DNA of 64,000 nt from an uncultured bacterium (GTDB lineage: Bacteria; Hydrothermota; UBA3072): NCBI GenBank assembly GCA_964418485.1, contig CAYQMH010000001.1, positions 29,237 to 93,236 on the forward strand, read 5' to 3'. The notes under the pieces are model-generated. The model saw only the letters and a list, made by a program, of their open reading frames with translations, was not told the origin of the DNA and did not search any database. A program made the position numbers and the translations under genes. This document shows positions 30,375 to 40,715 of the stretch, piece after piece. Positions within the stretch are counted from its first letter, which is position 1. Every line of letters starts with the position of its first letter.

Positions 30375-31141
30375 ATCTACTTTTTCTGATTTTAAGTATG
30401 GGAATAGTTACCTCGACAACCGATATATCTTCTGTTGTGGAGGCTATTGCTCCCGATGACGCTAAAGTGGTTAGCATTGTGTCCGGTGGAATGTGTCCCG
30501 GGCATTTTGATCTCTCTCCGGCTGAAGCTAATTTGATTTTTTTATCAGACTTAATTATTTATCACGGCTACGAATCATGGTTTGCGAAAGTGGAAAAATT
30601 AAAGCTCGATATCGATATAGTGGATTTAGAGACCGATGGTAGTTGGATGATTCCGGATATATATCTAAAAGGAGCTTTAGAGATTTACAATATTTTAAAA
30701 AAGGAATACGGTTCTGATAGTGTTAGTATCAGAAAAATCGATAAAAAGTACGAAAAATTTAAAATGAGTGTGGATACACTTTCTAATATAGTTGCAAAGA
30801 AGAAAGAATCGATTAAAGGAATTAAAGTTATTTGTAATGAACATCAGAAGGATTTTCTTCTTTTTCTCGGCGCGGAAGTTGTTGCCGTTTTTTCTCCGGG
30901 AGACGATATTTCTCTTAAAGAAATATCGGAGATAGTAAAAGTCGGAAAAGACGAAAACGTGCAGTTAGTTGTGGATAATCTTCAAAGCGGTAAAAAAGTC
31001 GGTAGCACGATAGCGGATGAATTAAAAAGTGCTTATATAATTTTTTCTAATTTTCCGGAAGAACAGGGATATAAGGTAACTCTTTTAAATAATATAGATC
31101 TCTTGCTGGAGATCATAAGTGATAAAAATACAAAAAGTTAG
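30371..31141 (+). CDS. Metal ABC transporter substrate-binding protein (TroA/ZnuA-like, cluster A-I), short form
   Basis: The 256-aa ORF has a signal/lipobox-like N-terminus and an HGYESW...LLFLGAEV pattern. It overlaps the upstream gene by 4 nt. Confidence 0.65.
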   Translation: MNLLFLILSMGIVTSTTDISSVVEAIAPDDAKVVSIVSGGMCPGHFDLSPAEANLIFLSDLIIYHGYESWFAKVEKLKLDIDIVDLETDGSWMIPDIYLKGALEIYNILKKEYGSDSVSIRKIDKKYEKFKMSVDTLSNIVAKKKESIKGIKVICNEHQKDFLLFLGAEVVAVFSPGDDISLKEISEIVKVGKDENVQLVVDNLQSGKKVGSTIADELKSAYIIFSNFPEEQGYKVTLLNNIDLLLEIISDKNTKS

Positions 31142-31874
31142 TAAATCCTTTAGTGGCAAAAAAGTTTTATCTGAGATTTCTCTCGATATAAAAAAGCAGG
31201 ATTTTGTTGCGATAATAGGTCCAAACGGAGCAGGAAAGACGTGCCTGCTTAGAATAATAAACGGGCTTTTTATTCCTGATGAGGGAAAAATTAGAGTATT
31301 TGACCTTGATCCGGTTAAAAATGGTCTATTTGTAAGAAAAAAAATTGGTTTTATTTTTCAAAATGAGTTTATAACCAGAGATGTGCCTCTTTCGGTTAAT
31401 GATGTTGTTTCTGTGGGGAGGGTAGGGGTAAAAGGGCTTTTTAAAAATCTTGATAAAGAAGATTTTGAATCCGTTCGAAATGCTATGGACGAGGTTGGAA
31501 TAAGCGATCTGGTGAATAGACCTGCGGGTTTTCTTTCGGGAGGAGAGCAGAGAAAGGTGTCGATTGCGCGAGAATTGGCAAGAGATGTCGAAATTCTTCT
31601 TCTTGATGAGATTTTAATGAATTTAGACCCTGCTTCACAAATGGAAATTAATAATTTAATTACTCGTATTTACGAAAAACATAAATTGACAGTTGTTTTC
31701 GTAACTCATCTTCTAAGGTATTTACCGGAAGGTATTAATAGAGTTGTGGCTCTTAAGAATGGAAAAGTGTTCAGTGATTTTTCGAACCAAGATTTTAATT
31801 CAAAGGATTTATCTCGACTTTATGATGTCGATGAGGAAAATTTGAAGAAATATGTGGGAAATTTTAAGTTATAG
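31119..31874 (+). CDS. Metal ABC transporter ATP-binding protein (ZnuC/MntB-like)
   Basis: It has Walker A GPNGAGKT, signature LSGGEQRK and Walker B LLLDE. Confidence 0.85.
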   Translation: MIKIQKVSKSFSGKKVLSEISLDIKKQDFVAIIGPNGAGKTCLLRIINGLFIPDEGKIRVFDLDPVKNGLFVRKKIGFIFQNEFITRDVPLSVNDVVSVGRVGVKGLFKNLDKEDFESVRNAMDEVGISDLVNRPAGFLSGGEQRKVSIARELARDVEILLLDEILMNLDPASQMEINNLITRIYEKHKLTVVFVTHLLRYLPEGINRVVALKNGKVFSDFSNQDFNSKDLSRLYDVDEENLKKYVGNFKL

Positions 31875-32658
31875 TTATTTTCAAAATGCGCTCTTGGGTT
31901 CTATTCTTGCCGGGATAGGTCTCGGTATTGTAGGTGTATGGGTAGTTCTCCTCCGGATTCCCTTTGTGGGAGTCGCCATATCTCATGCCGCTTTTGCCGG
32001 GTCCGTAATTGGACTTCTCTTTGGAGTAGATCCTGTTTTGATGGCAATAGTATTTTCTTTGCTTGCTTCGATTTTAATAGGGCCTATTGCGGAAAAATCC
32101 GGTCTCGAAGCAAACGTGATAATCGGTATTATTTTTTCTCTTGTTTTGGGAATCGCTTTTCTCGGACTTGGTTTGATAAAGGGTCCCAAAACAGAAGCAT
32201 TCAATCTTATCTGGGGAAGTATTCTTACTCTTTCAAGAGTAAATATATATTTGAACGCCGGAATAACTTTTTTTGTGATTCTTTTCCTGCTTTTTTTCGG
32301 AAAAGAAATAAAAGCGGTATTTTATAATAGAGAAGTCGCGGCTTCGTGCGGAATACCCGAGAAGTTTATTTTTTTTAGTCTGCTTTTCCTGTCCGGATTT
32401 GTAATTTGTCTTAATTTGAATACAATCGGAGGAATATTAATTTTCAGTCTTTTGATAAATCCTCCTTCGGCCGCGAGAATTCTGACTCACAGTCTTTCTA
32501 AAATGTATCTTCTATCGATTCTTTTTGGTATTATCGCCTGCCTATCGGGACTTTTCTTTTCTTATGTGTTTTCTGTCCCTGCCGGGGCCACAATAATAAT
32601 CGTTTCTTCGCTTATTTTTATAATTTCAATGGTTTTAAGAGGTGGAAATGGAAGTTGA
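31852..32658 (+). CDS. Metal ABC transporter permease (ABC-3 family, ZnuB-like)
   Basis: The 268-aa protein has about 8 TM segments with ABC-3 topology. It overlaps the ATPase gene. Confidence 0.8.
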   Translation: MWEILSYSYFQNALLGSILAGIGLGIVGVWVVLLRIPFVGVAISHAAFAGSVIGLLFGVDPVLMAIVFSLLASILIGPIAEKSGLEANVIIGIIFSLVLGIAFLGLGLIKGPKTEAFNLIWGSILTLSRVNIYLNAGITFFVILFLLFFGKEIKAVFYNREVAASCGIPEKFIFFSLLFLSGFVICLNLNTIGGILIFSLLINPPSAARILTHSLSKMYLLSILFGIIACLSGLFFSYVFSVPAGATIIIVSSLIFIISMVLRGGNGS

Positions 32659-33217
32659 TTGCTTTGAAAAGTGGGCGGAGAACTGGGAAGTTTCAGCGGA
32701 ATCCAAGGTAGTTGCGGGAATATTTGTTAAAGAGTTAATGAGTAATGATTCCGCATTCGTTCTGGATTTAGCTTGCGGTAAAGGAGTGTTACGGGATTAT
32801 TTAAATAAAAATATTCCCGGTTCAAAAATTGTTTATATCGATAAGGCTTTCGCGATGATTAAGGGCTTAAAGGAAACCTATCCCGATGAGTTTGCTATAA
32901 GGGGAGAAGGTGAGAATATTCCTCTGGATAGTAATAAATTCGATGCAGTTATAATTTACAATTCTTTTCCTCACTTCAAAGACAAGGAAAAAACTATTTC
33001 GGAATGTTACAGGGTATTAAAAAAAGGGGGGAGGTTAATAATAGGGCATTCCATGACTCCCGAAAAAATCAATCAATTGCATAAAGATGTCGGTGATCAG
33101 GTTGCCAATCACCGATTGCCGGAAGAGGAAATTTTTATAGAAATGTTTAAAAACTGCGGTTTTAAAGATATCGAATATTTTGTCGATAGTTATTTTTATG
33201 TGATGGGATTTAAATAG
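32642..33217 (+). CDS. Class I SAM-dependent methyltransferase
   Basis: It has motif I (VLDLACGKG) and a post-I acidic residue, and is Methyltransf_11-like. It overlaps the permease gene by 17 nt. Confidence 0.7.
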   Translation: MEMEVDCFEKWAENWEVSAESKVVAGIFVKELMSNDSAFVLDLACGKGVLRDYLNKNIPGSKIVYIDKAFAMIKGLKETYPDEFAIRGEGENIPLDSNKFDAVIIYNSFPHFKDKEKTISECYRVLKKGGRLIIGHSMTPEKINQLHKDVGDQVANHRLPEEEIFIEMFKNCGFKDIEYFVDSYFYVMGFK

Positions 33218-33224
33218 GATTAGC

Positions 33225-33465
33225 CACGAAGACACTAAGACACGAAGAAAAAACAACAAAATTAGTATTGTTGATTAAACCCCTCAACCCCACCAAAGAA
33301 TAGAAACAACGAATCACACGAATAGCGCAAATTTCTTTTAATTTAACTCGAAACACGAAACCCAAAACTCGAAACTTTATAATTTCACACAAAGTCACAA
33401 AGGACACAAAGTTTTTATTTATTTTTTTTGACTAGTGACCAGTGACTGGTGACTGATGACTACTT
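33225..33465. repeat. Copy of composite repeat (CACGAAG/CACAAAG heptads + C-rich tract) plus GTGACCAGTGACTGGTGAC motif
   Basis: gccacgaagacactaagacacgaag...aacccctcaaccccacc...cacacgaatagcgcaaat...cacaaagtcacaaaggacacaaag...gactagtgaccagtgactggtgactgatgact. Confidence 0.6.
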
Positions 33466-33467
33466 TT

Positions 33468-34265
33468 TCATTCCTGCGCTACGAATTTTTCTCTTTTTGC
33501 TTTTATATTTATTTCCTGAACTCTGTCGGCTATATCTGCGTTTATATATGTATAACCATTAAAGGTTTTGGAAGATTCTCCTGAAATGTCCAGATTTTGC
33601 AAAACCTCATCCGCAATAATCGAACCTTCTTTATTCAAGAATTCTACTGTGGCTGTAAGATTTATTGATTCTTTTTCCTGATTGTAAACAGTAAATTCCC
33701 AGAAAAATTTCCATTTTTCACTGCCTCTTTCCGTAACTTTGGTGTTGGCTCCGAAAATATTCCATGTTGGTTCTTCCAGGTCTTTTCCTGACGCTACGAT
33801 TTTACCCGAGGTGGATTTTTCCTCTTTTATTTTTCCTTCAGTTGCGGTTTTAGGCTCTAAGGAGAGTTCGATTGCATCGTCAACACCATATCCTGTAATC
33901 CTGCAAACTTTGCCCAAAGAATCACTTTCGAATCCCACGATTCCGGGTTTGTCGGCTTCTCCGGACATGTATGCTTTGTTTTCTCCCGTTTTATAAGTGA
34001 TAGGATTCTCGAAAGCTATGCCCAATTCGCGCTTGATCCATGAAACGGAACTGTTTTTCGGATAATATCCGTTTTCCCAGGAGAATTTCTTTGCTGCTTT
34101 TTCCATTATTTTCATATTTTCTTTAACGGATACGATTGTGATTGCTTCGCTGACCTGTTCATAGGATTCACCGACGACAGAAATATACGGAGACATTAAG
34201 TGCCCAAGCGCAACACCCGCAATAAAAGCCACAATGATTAAGAATACAGCGCTTCTTTTTTTCAT
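33468..34265 (-). CDS. Hypothetical membrane-anchored (N-terminal TM) extracytoplasmic protein
   Basis: The 265-aa ORF has an N-terminal TM segment (AVFLIIVAFIAGVALG). No recognisable catalytic motif was found. Confidence 0.5.
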   Translation of the reverse strand: MKKRSAVFLIIVAFIAGVALGHLMSPYISVVGESYEQVSEAITIVSVKENMKIMEKAAKKFSWENGYYPKNSSVSWIKRELGIAFENPITYKTGENKAYMSGEADKPGIVGFESDSLGKVCRITGYGVDDAIELSLEPKTATEGKIKEEKSTSGKIVASGKDLEEPTWNIFGANTKVTERGSEKWKFFWEFTVYNQEKESINLTATVEFLNKEGSIIADEVLQNLDISGESSKTFNGYTYINADIADRVQEINIKAKREKFVAQE

Positions 34266-34299
34266 TACTTCCTCCTAAGTCCGATTTATATTTAAGTAT

Positions 34300-34640
34300 A
34301 ATGAATTCATTCTCTTAAGTCAATGGTATTTTTGGCTACGAATAGCCACGAAGGCACTAAGATACAAAGAAAGAAACAACAAGAAAATATTATTTTTTAT
34401 AATTTCCACACCCATCCCAAAAGAGAGTAACAACAAATAGCACAAATTACACAAATGTATTGATAATGAGCATTTTTTATATAAGAATGAATCTTTTTCG
34501 TTTTATTCGTGCTATTCGTGTAATTCGTTGTTTCTATTTTGGGGAAGGGTTGAGGGTTTTAATCGGAAATATAAATTTTGTTGTTTTTCTTTGCGTTCTT
34601 TGTGGGCTTTGTGGTTCAATGATTTTTTTATATTGCTTGA
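34300..34640. repeat. Two adjacent copies of composite repeat
   Basis: The first copy is 34325-34440 (cacgaaggcactaagatacaaag...cccatcccaaaag...). The second is 34490-34625 (ttcgtgctattcgtgtaattcgttg...ggggaagggttgagggttttaa...ctttgtgggctttgtgg). Confidence 0.65.
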
Positions 34641-34720
34641 CATGGGATAAGCATAAGTTATATTTGTTTTGGAGTATTTAATTTATATTAATATGAAATT
34701 TAAGGAGGGGTATTTAAAGG

Positions 34721-35395
34721 ATGATTGATAAAGAGAAAGAGTTAGCAGGGGCGGCTGTTTCGGATTTCTTATCCGATGGCATGATTTTAGGTCTTGGTAC
34801 GGGTTCAACATTTTATTACGCTATAAAAAAGATAGGTGAGATGGTCAAAGAAGGTTTGAAAATAAAAGCAGTTTCCACTTCATCTTCCACGGATAAATTA
34901 GCGGAGTCTTTGAATATTCCTCTTTTGTCTATCGATGATGTCGAGGAAATCGATTTGACCATAGACGGCGCCGATGAGGTTGATCCTTTTTTCAACGGAA
35001 TAAAGGGAGGAGGGGGGGCTTTATTGTTCGAAAAAGTAGTGGCGAAATCTTCCAAGAAAAATCTATGGGTTGTTAATGCCGCAAAAATGGTTGATAAATT
35101 GGGCGCTTTTCCTTTACCTATCGAAGTTGTTCCTTACGCTTTTGGTAACGTCTTTAAGAAACTCGAAGCCAGAGGATATAATCCCAAGATTAGAATGAAG
35201 GAAGGGGAAAAATATCTCACAGATAGCGGTAATCATATAATAGATGCGGGTTTGGGAGCAATCGAAGATGCTTACAAATTGGAAATCGAATTAAACATGA
35301 TTCCCGGTGTCGTCGAAAACGGCCTATTCTTAGATGTTGCAGATATCGTTATTGTGGGAAAAGGGGATGTAGTGGAAATTATTCGAAAAGAATAA
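34721..35395 (+). CDS. rpiA: Ribose-5-phosphate isomerase A
   Basis: It has LGLGTGST...IDGADEVD...GKGGAL-like motifs (GIKGGGGALLFEK). The 224-aa length is typical. Confidence 0.9.
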   Translation: MIDKEKELAGAAVSDFLSDGMILGLGTGSTFYYAIKKIGEMVKEGLKIKAVSTSSSTDKLAESLNIPLLSIDDVEEIDLTIDGADEVDPFFNGIKGGGGALLFEKVVAKSSKKNLWVVNAAKMVDKLGAFPLPIEVVPYAFGNVFKKLEARGYNPKIRMKEGEKYLTDSGNHIIDAGLGAIEDAYKLEIELNMIPGVVENGLFLDVADIVIVGKGDVVEIIRKE

Positions 35396-35399
35396 TTTA

Positions 35400-35660
35400 G
35401 TTGAATCGTTAAATTGTTGAATAGTTAAAACAAACGAAATTTTTTATTCGTGTTATTTGTACTATTTGTTGTTCCTCATAATTTTGGGGTTATGGGTTTT
35501 TAAAAACGATAATTAAAATGGGTTGTGGGATGTGGACTTTGTGTTCTTTGTGGTTCAATTATAATTTGTTTTTTCGAGGTTGGGTGTTTTAAACAACGAA
35601 ACATCTTTTTTTGTTTTTTTTCTCTGTGTCTCTGTATGAGATATTGGTTTTTGTTTTCGA
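35400..35660. repeat. Copy of composite repeat (TTCGTG heptads, GGGGTTATGGGTTTTTAAAA, CTTTGTG / CTCTGTG heptads)
   Basis: ttattcgtgttatttgtactatttgttg...ggggttatgggtttttaaaaacg...gaggttgggtgttttaaacaacg...ctctgtgtctctgt. Confidence 0.6.
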
Positions 35661-35915
35661 CTAGAGACTAATGACAGGTGGGCGTGTTGCCCAAAACCAA
35701 TAGAATAAAATAACACAGTTCACATTGTTATTGCGAACTCTTCTTCACGCCTTTCCACCGTGACGCAATCTCCACGTATAGCTTGCAATTAAGCCCTTTA
35801 ATTTTATCACAAGAGATTACTTCGCGAAAGTCGAGCAAGAGGACAAATTCGCAAAGACATTACTTTGGATAGCGAAAAGCCTTTCGGCAACACGCCCAGG
35901 TGACTAATGACTATT
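35661..35915. other. ~255-bp GC-richer element bounded by imperfect terminal inverted repeats (aggtgggcgtgttgcc / ggcaacacgcccaggt) and 10-bp direct repeat gactaatgac
   Basis: The element is directly readable. The interior (35695-35880) has no ORF and a higher GC content than its surroundings. It may be a MITE-like insertion or a structured RNA. Confidence 0.4.
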
Positions 35916-35951
35916 TTGAACCTTCAAGGTTCAAAATCTACCATTGACATT
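35912..35951 (+). promoter_or_regulatory. 19-bp perfect palindrome TTGAACCTTCAAGGTTCAA followed by TTGACA -35 box, upstream of nfnAB
   Basis: The palindrome at 35912-35934 is followed by ttgaca at about 35946 and a tatatt-like -10 about 16 nt later. It is a candidate operator (Rex-like redox regulator?). Confidence 0.4.
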
Positions 35952-36051
35952 TTTATTTAATATTGTATATTTAAAATCTTAAAAAACTTTTATATCCCGT
36001 AATAACAAAATAATAAAGGAATATAAAGATAAGCGATTATAGGAGTTATGC

Positions 36052-36888
36052 ATGTATAAGATATTAAAGAAAGAAAAAATTGGGCCGAATTTAAATAAAT
36101 TCGTAATAGAAGCGCCGCTTGTACCAAGAAATTACCAGCCGGGTCAGTTTGTTATATTAAAGGTAAATGAGGTAGGTGAGCGAATTCCTATTACAATCGC
36201 AGAAGCGGATAAGGATAAAGGAACAATTACAGTATTCGTTCAGGAAGTGGGTAAGACTACTTATAAACTGGGAGAATTGAAGGCTGGAGATTCTATCTCG
36301 GATGTGGTCGGTCCACTCGGCCATCCGGCTAAAATAGACAAAGTTGGAACTGTCGTAACAATAGGCGGAGGAGTGGGTACTGCCATTGTTTATCCGGAAA
36401 CGAAAGCGTTCAAAGAAGCAGGGAATTATGTTATTTCCATAATAGGTTTCAGAAATAAAGAGCATGTCATATTAGAAGAAGAAATGAGAAAATATTCTGA
36501 TGAGCTTTATGTCCTGACCGACGACGGTTCTTACGGAAAAAAAGGATTTACAACCGATGAATTACAGGAGCTTGAAAGTGCAGGAAGAAAGATGGATCTT
36601 GTAATAGCTATTGGTCCCGCAATAATGATGAAGAAAATCTCGGAAATGACAAAAGGATATAATGTTAAAACGATTGTTTCTCTTAATTCTACAATGATGG
36701 ATGCCACCGGTATGTGTGGGGGTTGCAGGGTCGAAGTTGACGGGGAAACTAAGTTTGCATGTGTTGACGGGCCGGAATTCGATGGCCATAAAGTAAATTT
36801 CGATTTACTTATAAAACGCCTTTCTACTTACGAAAAACAGGAAAAAGAAGCTCTTGACAGGTATAAAGATTGTAAAATCGGAAAGTAA
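36052..36888 (+). CDS. nfnA: NfnA / sulfide dehydrogenase beta subunit (FAD + [2Fe-2S] ferredoxin-NADP reductase-like small subunit)
   Basis: The 278-aa ORF has an FNR-like fold with a C-terminal Cys cluster (GMCGGCRVEVDGETKFACVDGPEF). It is immediately followed by the GltD-like subunit. Confidence 0.8.
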   Translation: MYKILKKEKIGPNLNKFVIEAPLVPRNYQPGQFVILKVNEVGERIPITIAEADKDKGTITVFVQEVGKTTYKLGELKAGDSISDVVGPLGHPAKIDKVGTVVTIGGGVGTAIVYPETKAFKEAGNYVISIIGFRNKEHVILEEEMRKYSDELYVLTDDGSYGKKGFTTDELQELESAGRKMDLVIAIGPAIMMKKISEMTKGYNVKTIVSLNSTMMDATGMCGGCRVEVDGETKFACVDGPEFDGHKVNFDLLIKRLSTYEKQEKEALDRYKDCKIGK

Positions 36889-38295
<1,407 letters not shown>

Positions 38296-38366
38296 GAAAA
38301 AACACGGGGAAAGATTATTAAAGGATTTTTTGTTTAACTAAAGCTCAAACTCTAAAGTCCAAATAT

Positions 38367-38936
38367 TCACACCTGTTTTATATTTTTCTTTCTCTCGTTA
38401 CGTTCTTTTAAACTTAAGTTACAGCCGCAGTAATCCTGACGGGTAAGCCCAAGTTCCTTTGAAAGCTTAACACTATTTATAAAACCGTTATTCTTTTTAA
38501 AGTTAAACTTCTCATAAACAACTCCATATTCTTTTGAGCCAGTCTCTCCCGCCCTGTTCAACATGTCGATTTTTTTATGAGGGCTTATACTCATTACAGT
38601 AGTAAAAGACTCAAAACCAATAGAACTACAGAACTCAGCGCTTCTTCTTAAACGAAGCAAGAAACACTGAAAGCAGCGAGCTCCCCCTTCGGGAGTATCC
38701 TCGTATCCTTTAATAGCATTTTTCCAATCCCGGGGGACATAATCATCGGCAGTAAAAGGGATATCATATTTTTTTGCTACCCATTCGGCTTCCTTAAGTC
38801 TGATCTCGTATTCTGCGGGCGGATAAATATTCGGATTACAGAAAAAGGAGTGAATCTCATATTGTTCTTTTAGCAGCGATAACACCCATGCCTCATCGGA
38901 AGCGCAGCATATGTGGAGTAAAAGTTTTTTATTCAT
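38367..38936 (-). CDS. queH: Epoxyqueuosine reductase QueH (DUF208)
   Basis: N-terminal LLLHICCA, internal CFQC and C-terminal YCGC are arranged as in DUF208/QueH. Confidence 0.7.
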   Translation of the reverse strand: MNKKLLLHICCASDEAWVLSLLKEQYEIHSFFCNPNIYPPAEYEIRLKEAEWVAKKYDIPFTADDYVPRDWKNAIKGYEDTPEGGARCFQCFLLRLRRSAEFCSSIGFESFTTVMSISPHKKIDMLNRAGETGSKEYGVVYEKFNFKKNNGFINSVKLSKELGLTRQDYCGCNLSLKERNERKKNIKQV

Positions 38937-39059
38937 ATTAAGCTTTAAGTTAATTTAAGCCCGATATTCTGTCAAGTGTATTGGTGTGCCAAAATAAACC
39001 TTTTTAGCAGTACCCTCTGATTCTTACCGACGAAATTAATAAAAAAGATGATGGGGTAG

Positions 39060-39240
39060 GCAGTGTTTTGTGGATTTAGTAGTTTAATATATTTTTCTCT
39101 GTGTCTTAGTGATCTTTGTGTGAAAATAATTTGGTGGGGTGGGTTGGGTTTTAAACTTCGTATAAAAATCCTTTTTAATCTGTGTTTATCTGCGTCCTAT
39201 TCTTTCCGTGTCTTAGTGCCTTTGTGGCTGACAATACTAG
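39060..39240. repeat. Copy of composite repeat (CTCTGTG/CTTTGTG heptads + GGTGGGGTGGGTTGGGTTTTAAAC)
   Basis: ttctctgtgtcttagtgatctttgtgtg...ggtggggtgggttgggttttaaacttcg...ccgtgtcttagtgcctttgtggc. Confidence 0.6.
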
Positions 39241-39405
39241 AAAAAGGTGTTGACTTTTTTTAATTGTAATGTATTATAATTGTTAAATTATAAGCTAAAG
39301 TTTAAATAAAATAAGAAAATTAACAATCTTGAGAACCACTGAAAGTTAAAATTCGGAAAGTGGAGTAAAAGGAGATTATGCTTTTTAAGAAGCAGTAATT
39401 AAAGT

Positions 39406-40698
39406 ATGGAATATACGTGTATTGAAAAAATAGCGGATTTTGTTGATAAGCAGGTAGAAATTCGTGGATGGGTCTATAACAAGAGGTCCAGCGGAAAAAT
39501 ACAATTCCTGATGGTAAGAGACGGTACGGGAGTAATTCAAGGTGTTGCAACAGAAGAGGATACTGACCCTAAGAGTTTTTCTCTTATGGGTGATTTAGAT
39601 CAGGAAAGTTCAGTGATTGTCAGAGGCAAAGTCAGGGAAGATAAAAGAGCTCCGATTGGTTATGAGCTTTCGATAAGTTCGCTCCAAGTTGTTAGCGGAA
39701 GTAAAGATTATCCTATTACTCCTAAATCTCATGGTACCGATTTCTTACTTGGTAACAGACATATATGGATCCGTTCGAGTAAGCAGTGGGCTATTTTGCG
39801 TATACGGGCAGAAGTGGTAAAGGCTGTCGAAGATTATTTGTGGGAAAAGGGATTTTTGCGATTCGATGCTCCTATTTTTACGCCTTCTGCTTGTGAAGGA
39901 ACTACCACTCTTTTCGAAGTTGATTATTTTGGTGAGCCGGCTTATCTTTCCCAGAGCGGTCAGCTCTATTGCGAAGCAACTGCTGCTGCCTTTGGAAAAG
40001 TTTACTGTTTCGGTCCCGCTTTCAGGGCCGAAAAATCAAAAACCCGTCGGCATTTGACAGAGTTCTGGCAGGTGGAACCGGAAATAGCCTATGCTCATCT
40101 CGATGATTCTATTGAGCTTGCCAGCGGAATGATCGAATATTTGATAAAAAGAGTTTTAACTAATAGAAAAAGGGAATTGGAAGTTCTGGAGAGGGATATT
40201 TCTCTTCTGGAGCAGGTTAAAACACCTTTCCCTAGAATCAGGTATGAAGAAGCAGTAAAGAAAGTTAACGAGTTAGGCGAGTCAATGGAACTTGGTGAGG
40301 ATTTTGGAGCCCCCCAGGAAACTGTTCTTGGGAAAAGTTTCGGTTCTCCAGTTGTAGTAACTCATTTTCCCAGAGAAATCAAAGCTTTCTATATGAGGAA
40401 AGAGTCCGGAAACGAGAAGGTAACTCTTTCTTTCGATATACTCGCACCCGAAGGGTACGGGGAAATCGTGGGAGGCGGAGAGAGAGAATTCGAAGAAGAC
40501 AAGTTGAAGAAGGAGATAAAGGAAAGAAAACTCCCAGAAGATGCTTTTAAGTGGTATATTGATTTAAGGAAGTATGGTTCAGTTCCGCATGCGGGTTTTG
40601 GTCTTGGAATTGAGAGGACTGTTGCCTGGCTTTGTGGAATCGAGCATATCCGTCAAACTATACCTTTTCCCAGAACTCTGGGAAGAGCGTATCCTTAG
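39406..40698 (+). CDS. asnS: Asparagine--tRNA ligase (class IIb, archaeal/short type)
   Basis: The 430-aa ORF has an N-terminal OB domain and class II motifs. The C-terminal YIDLRKYGSVPHAGFGLGIERTVAWLCGIEHIRQTIPFPR closely matches AsnRS rather than AspRS. Confidence 0.8.
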   Translation: MEYTCIEKIADFVDKQVEIRGWVYNKRSSGKIQFLMVRDGTGVIQGVATEEDTDPKSFSLMGDLDQESSVIVRGKVREDKRAPIGYELSISSLQVVSGSKDYPITPKSHGTDFLLGNRHIWIRSSKQWAILRIRAEVVKAVEDYLWEKGFLRFDAPIFTPSACEGTTTLFEVDYFGEPAYLSQSGQLYCEATAAAFGKVYCFGPAFRAEKSKTRRHLTEFWQVEPEIAYAHLDDSIELASGMIEYLIKRVLTNRKRELEVLERDISLLEQVKTPFPRIRYEEAVKKVNELGESMELGEDFGAPQETVLGKSFGSPVVVTHFPREIKAFYMRKESGNEKVTLSFDILAPEGYGEIVGGGEREFEEDKLKKEIKERKLPEDAFKWYIDLRKYGSVPHAGFGLGIERTVAWLCGIEHIRQTIPFPRTLGRAYP

Positions 40699-40715
40699 TA
40701 TATTAAGGAGGGTTT

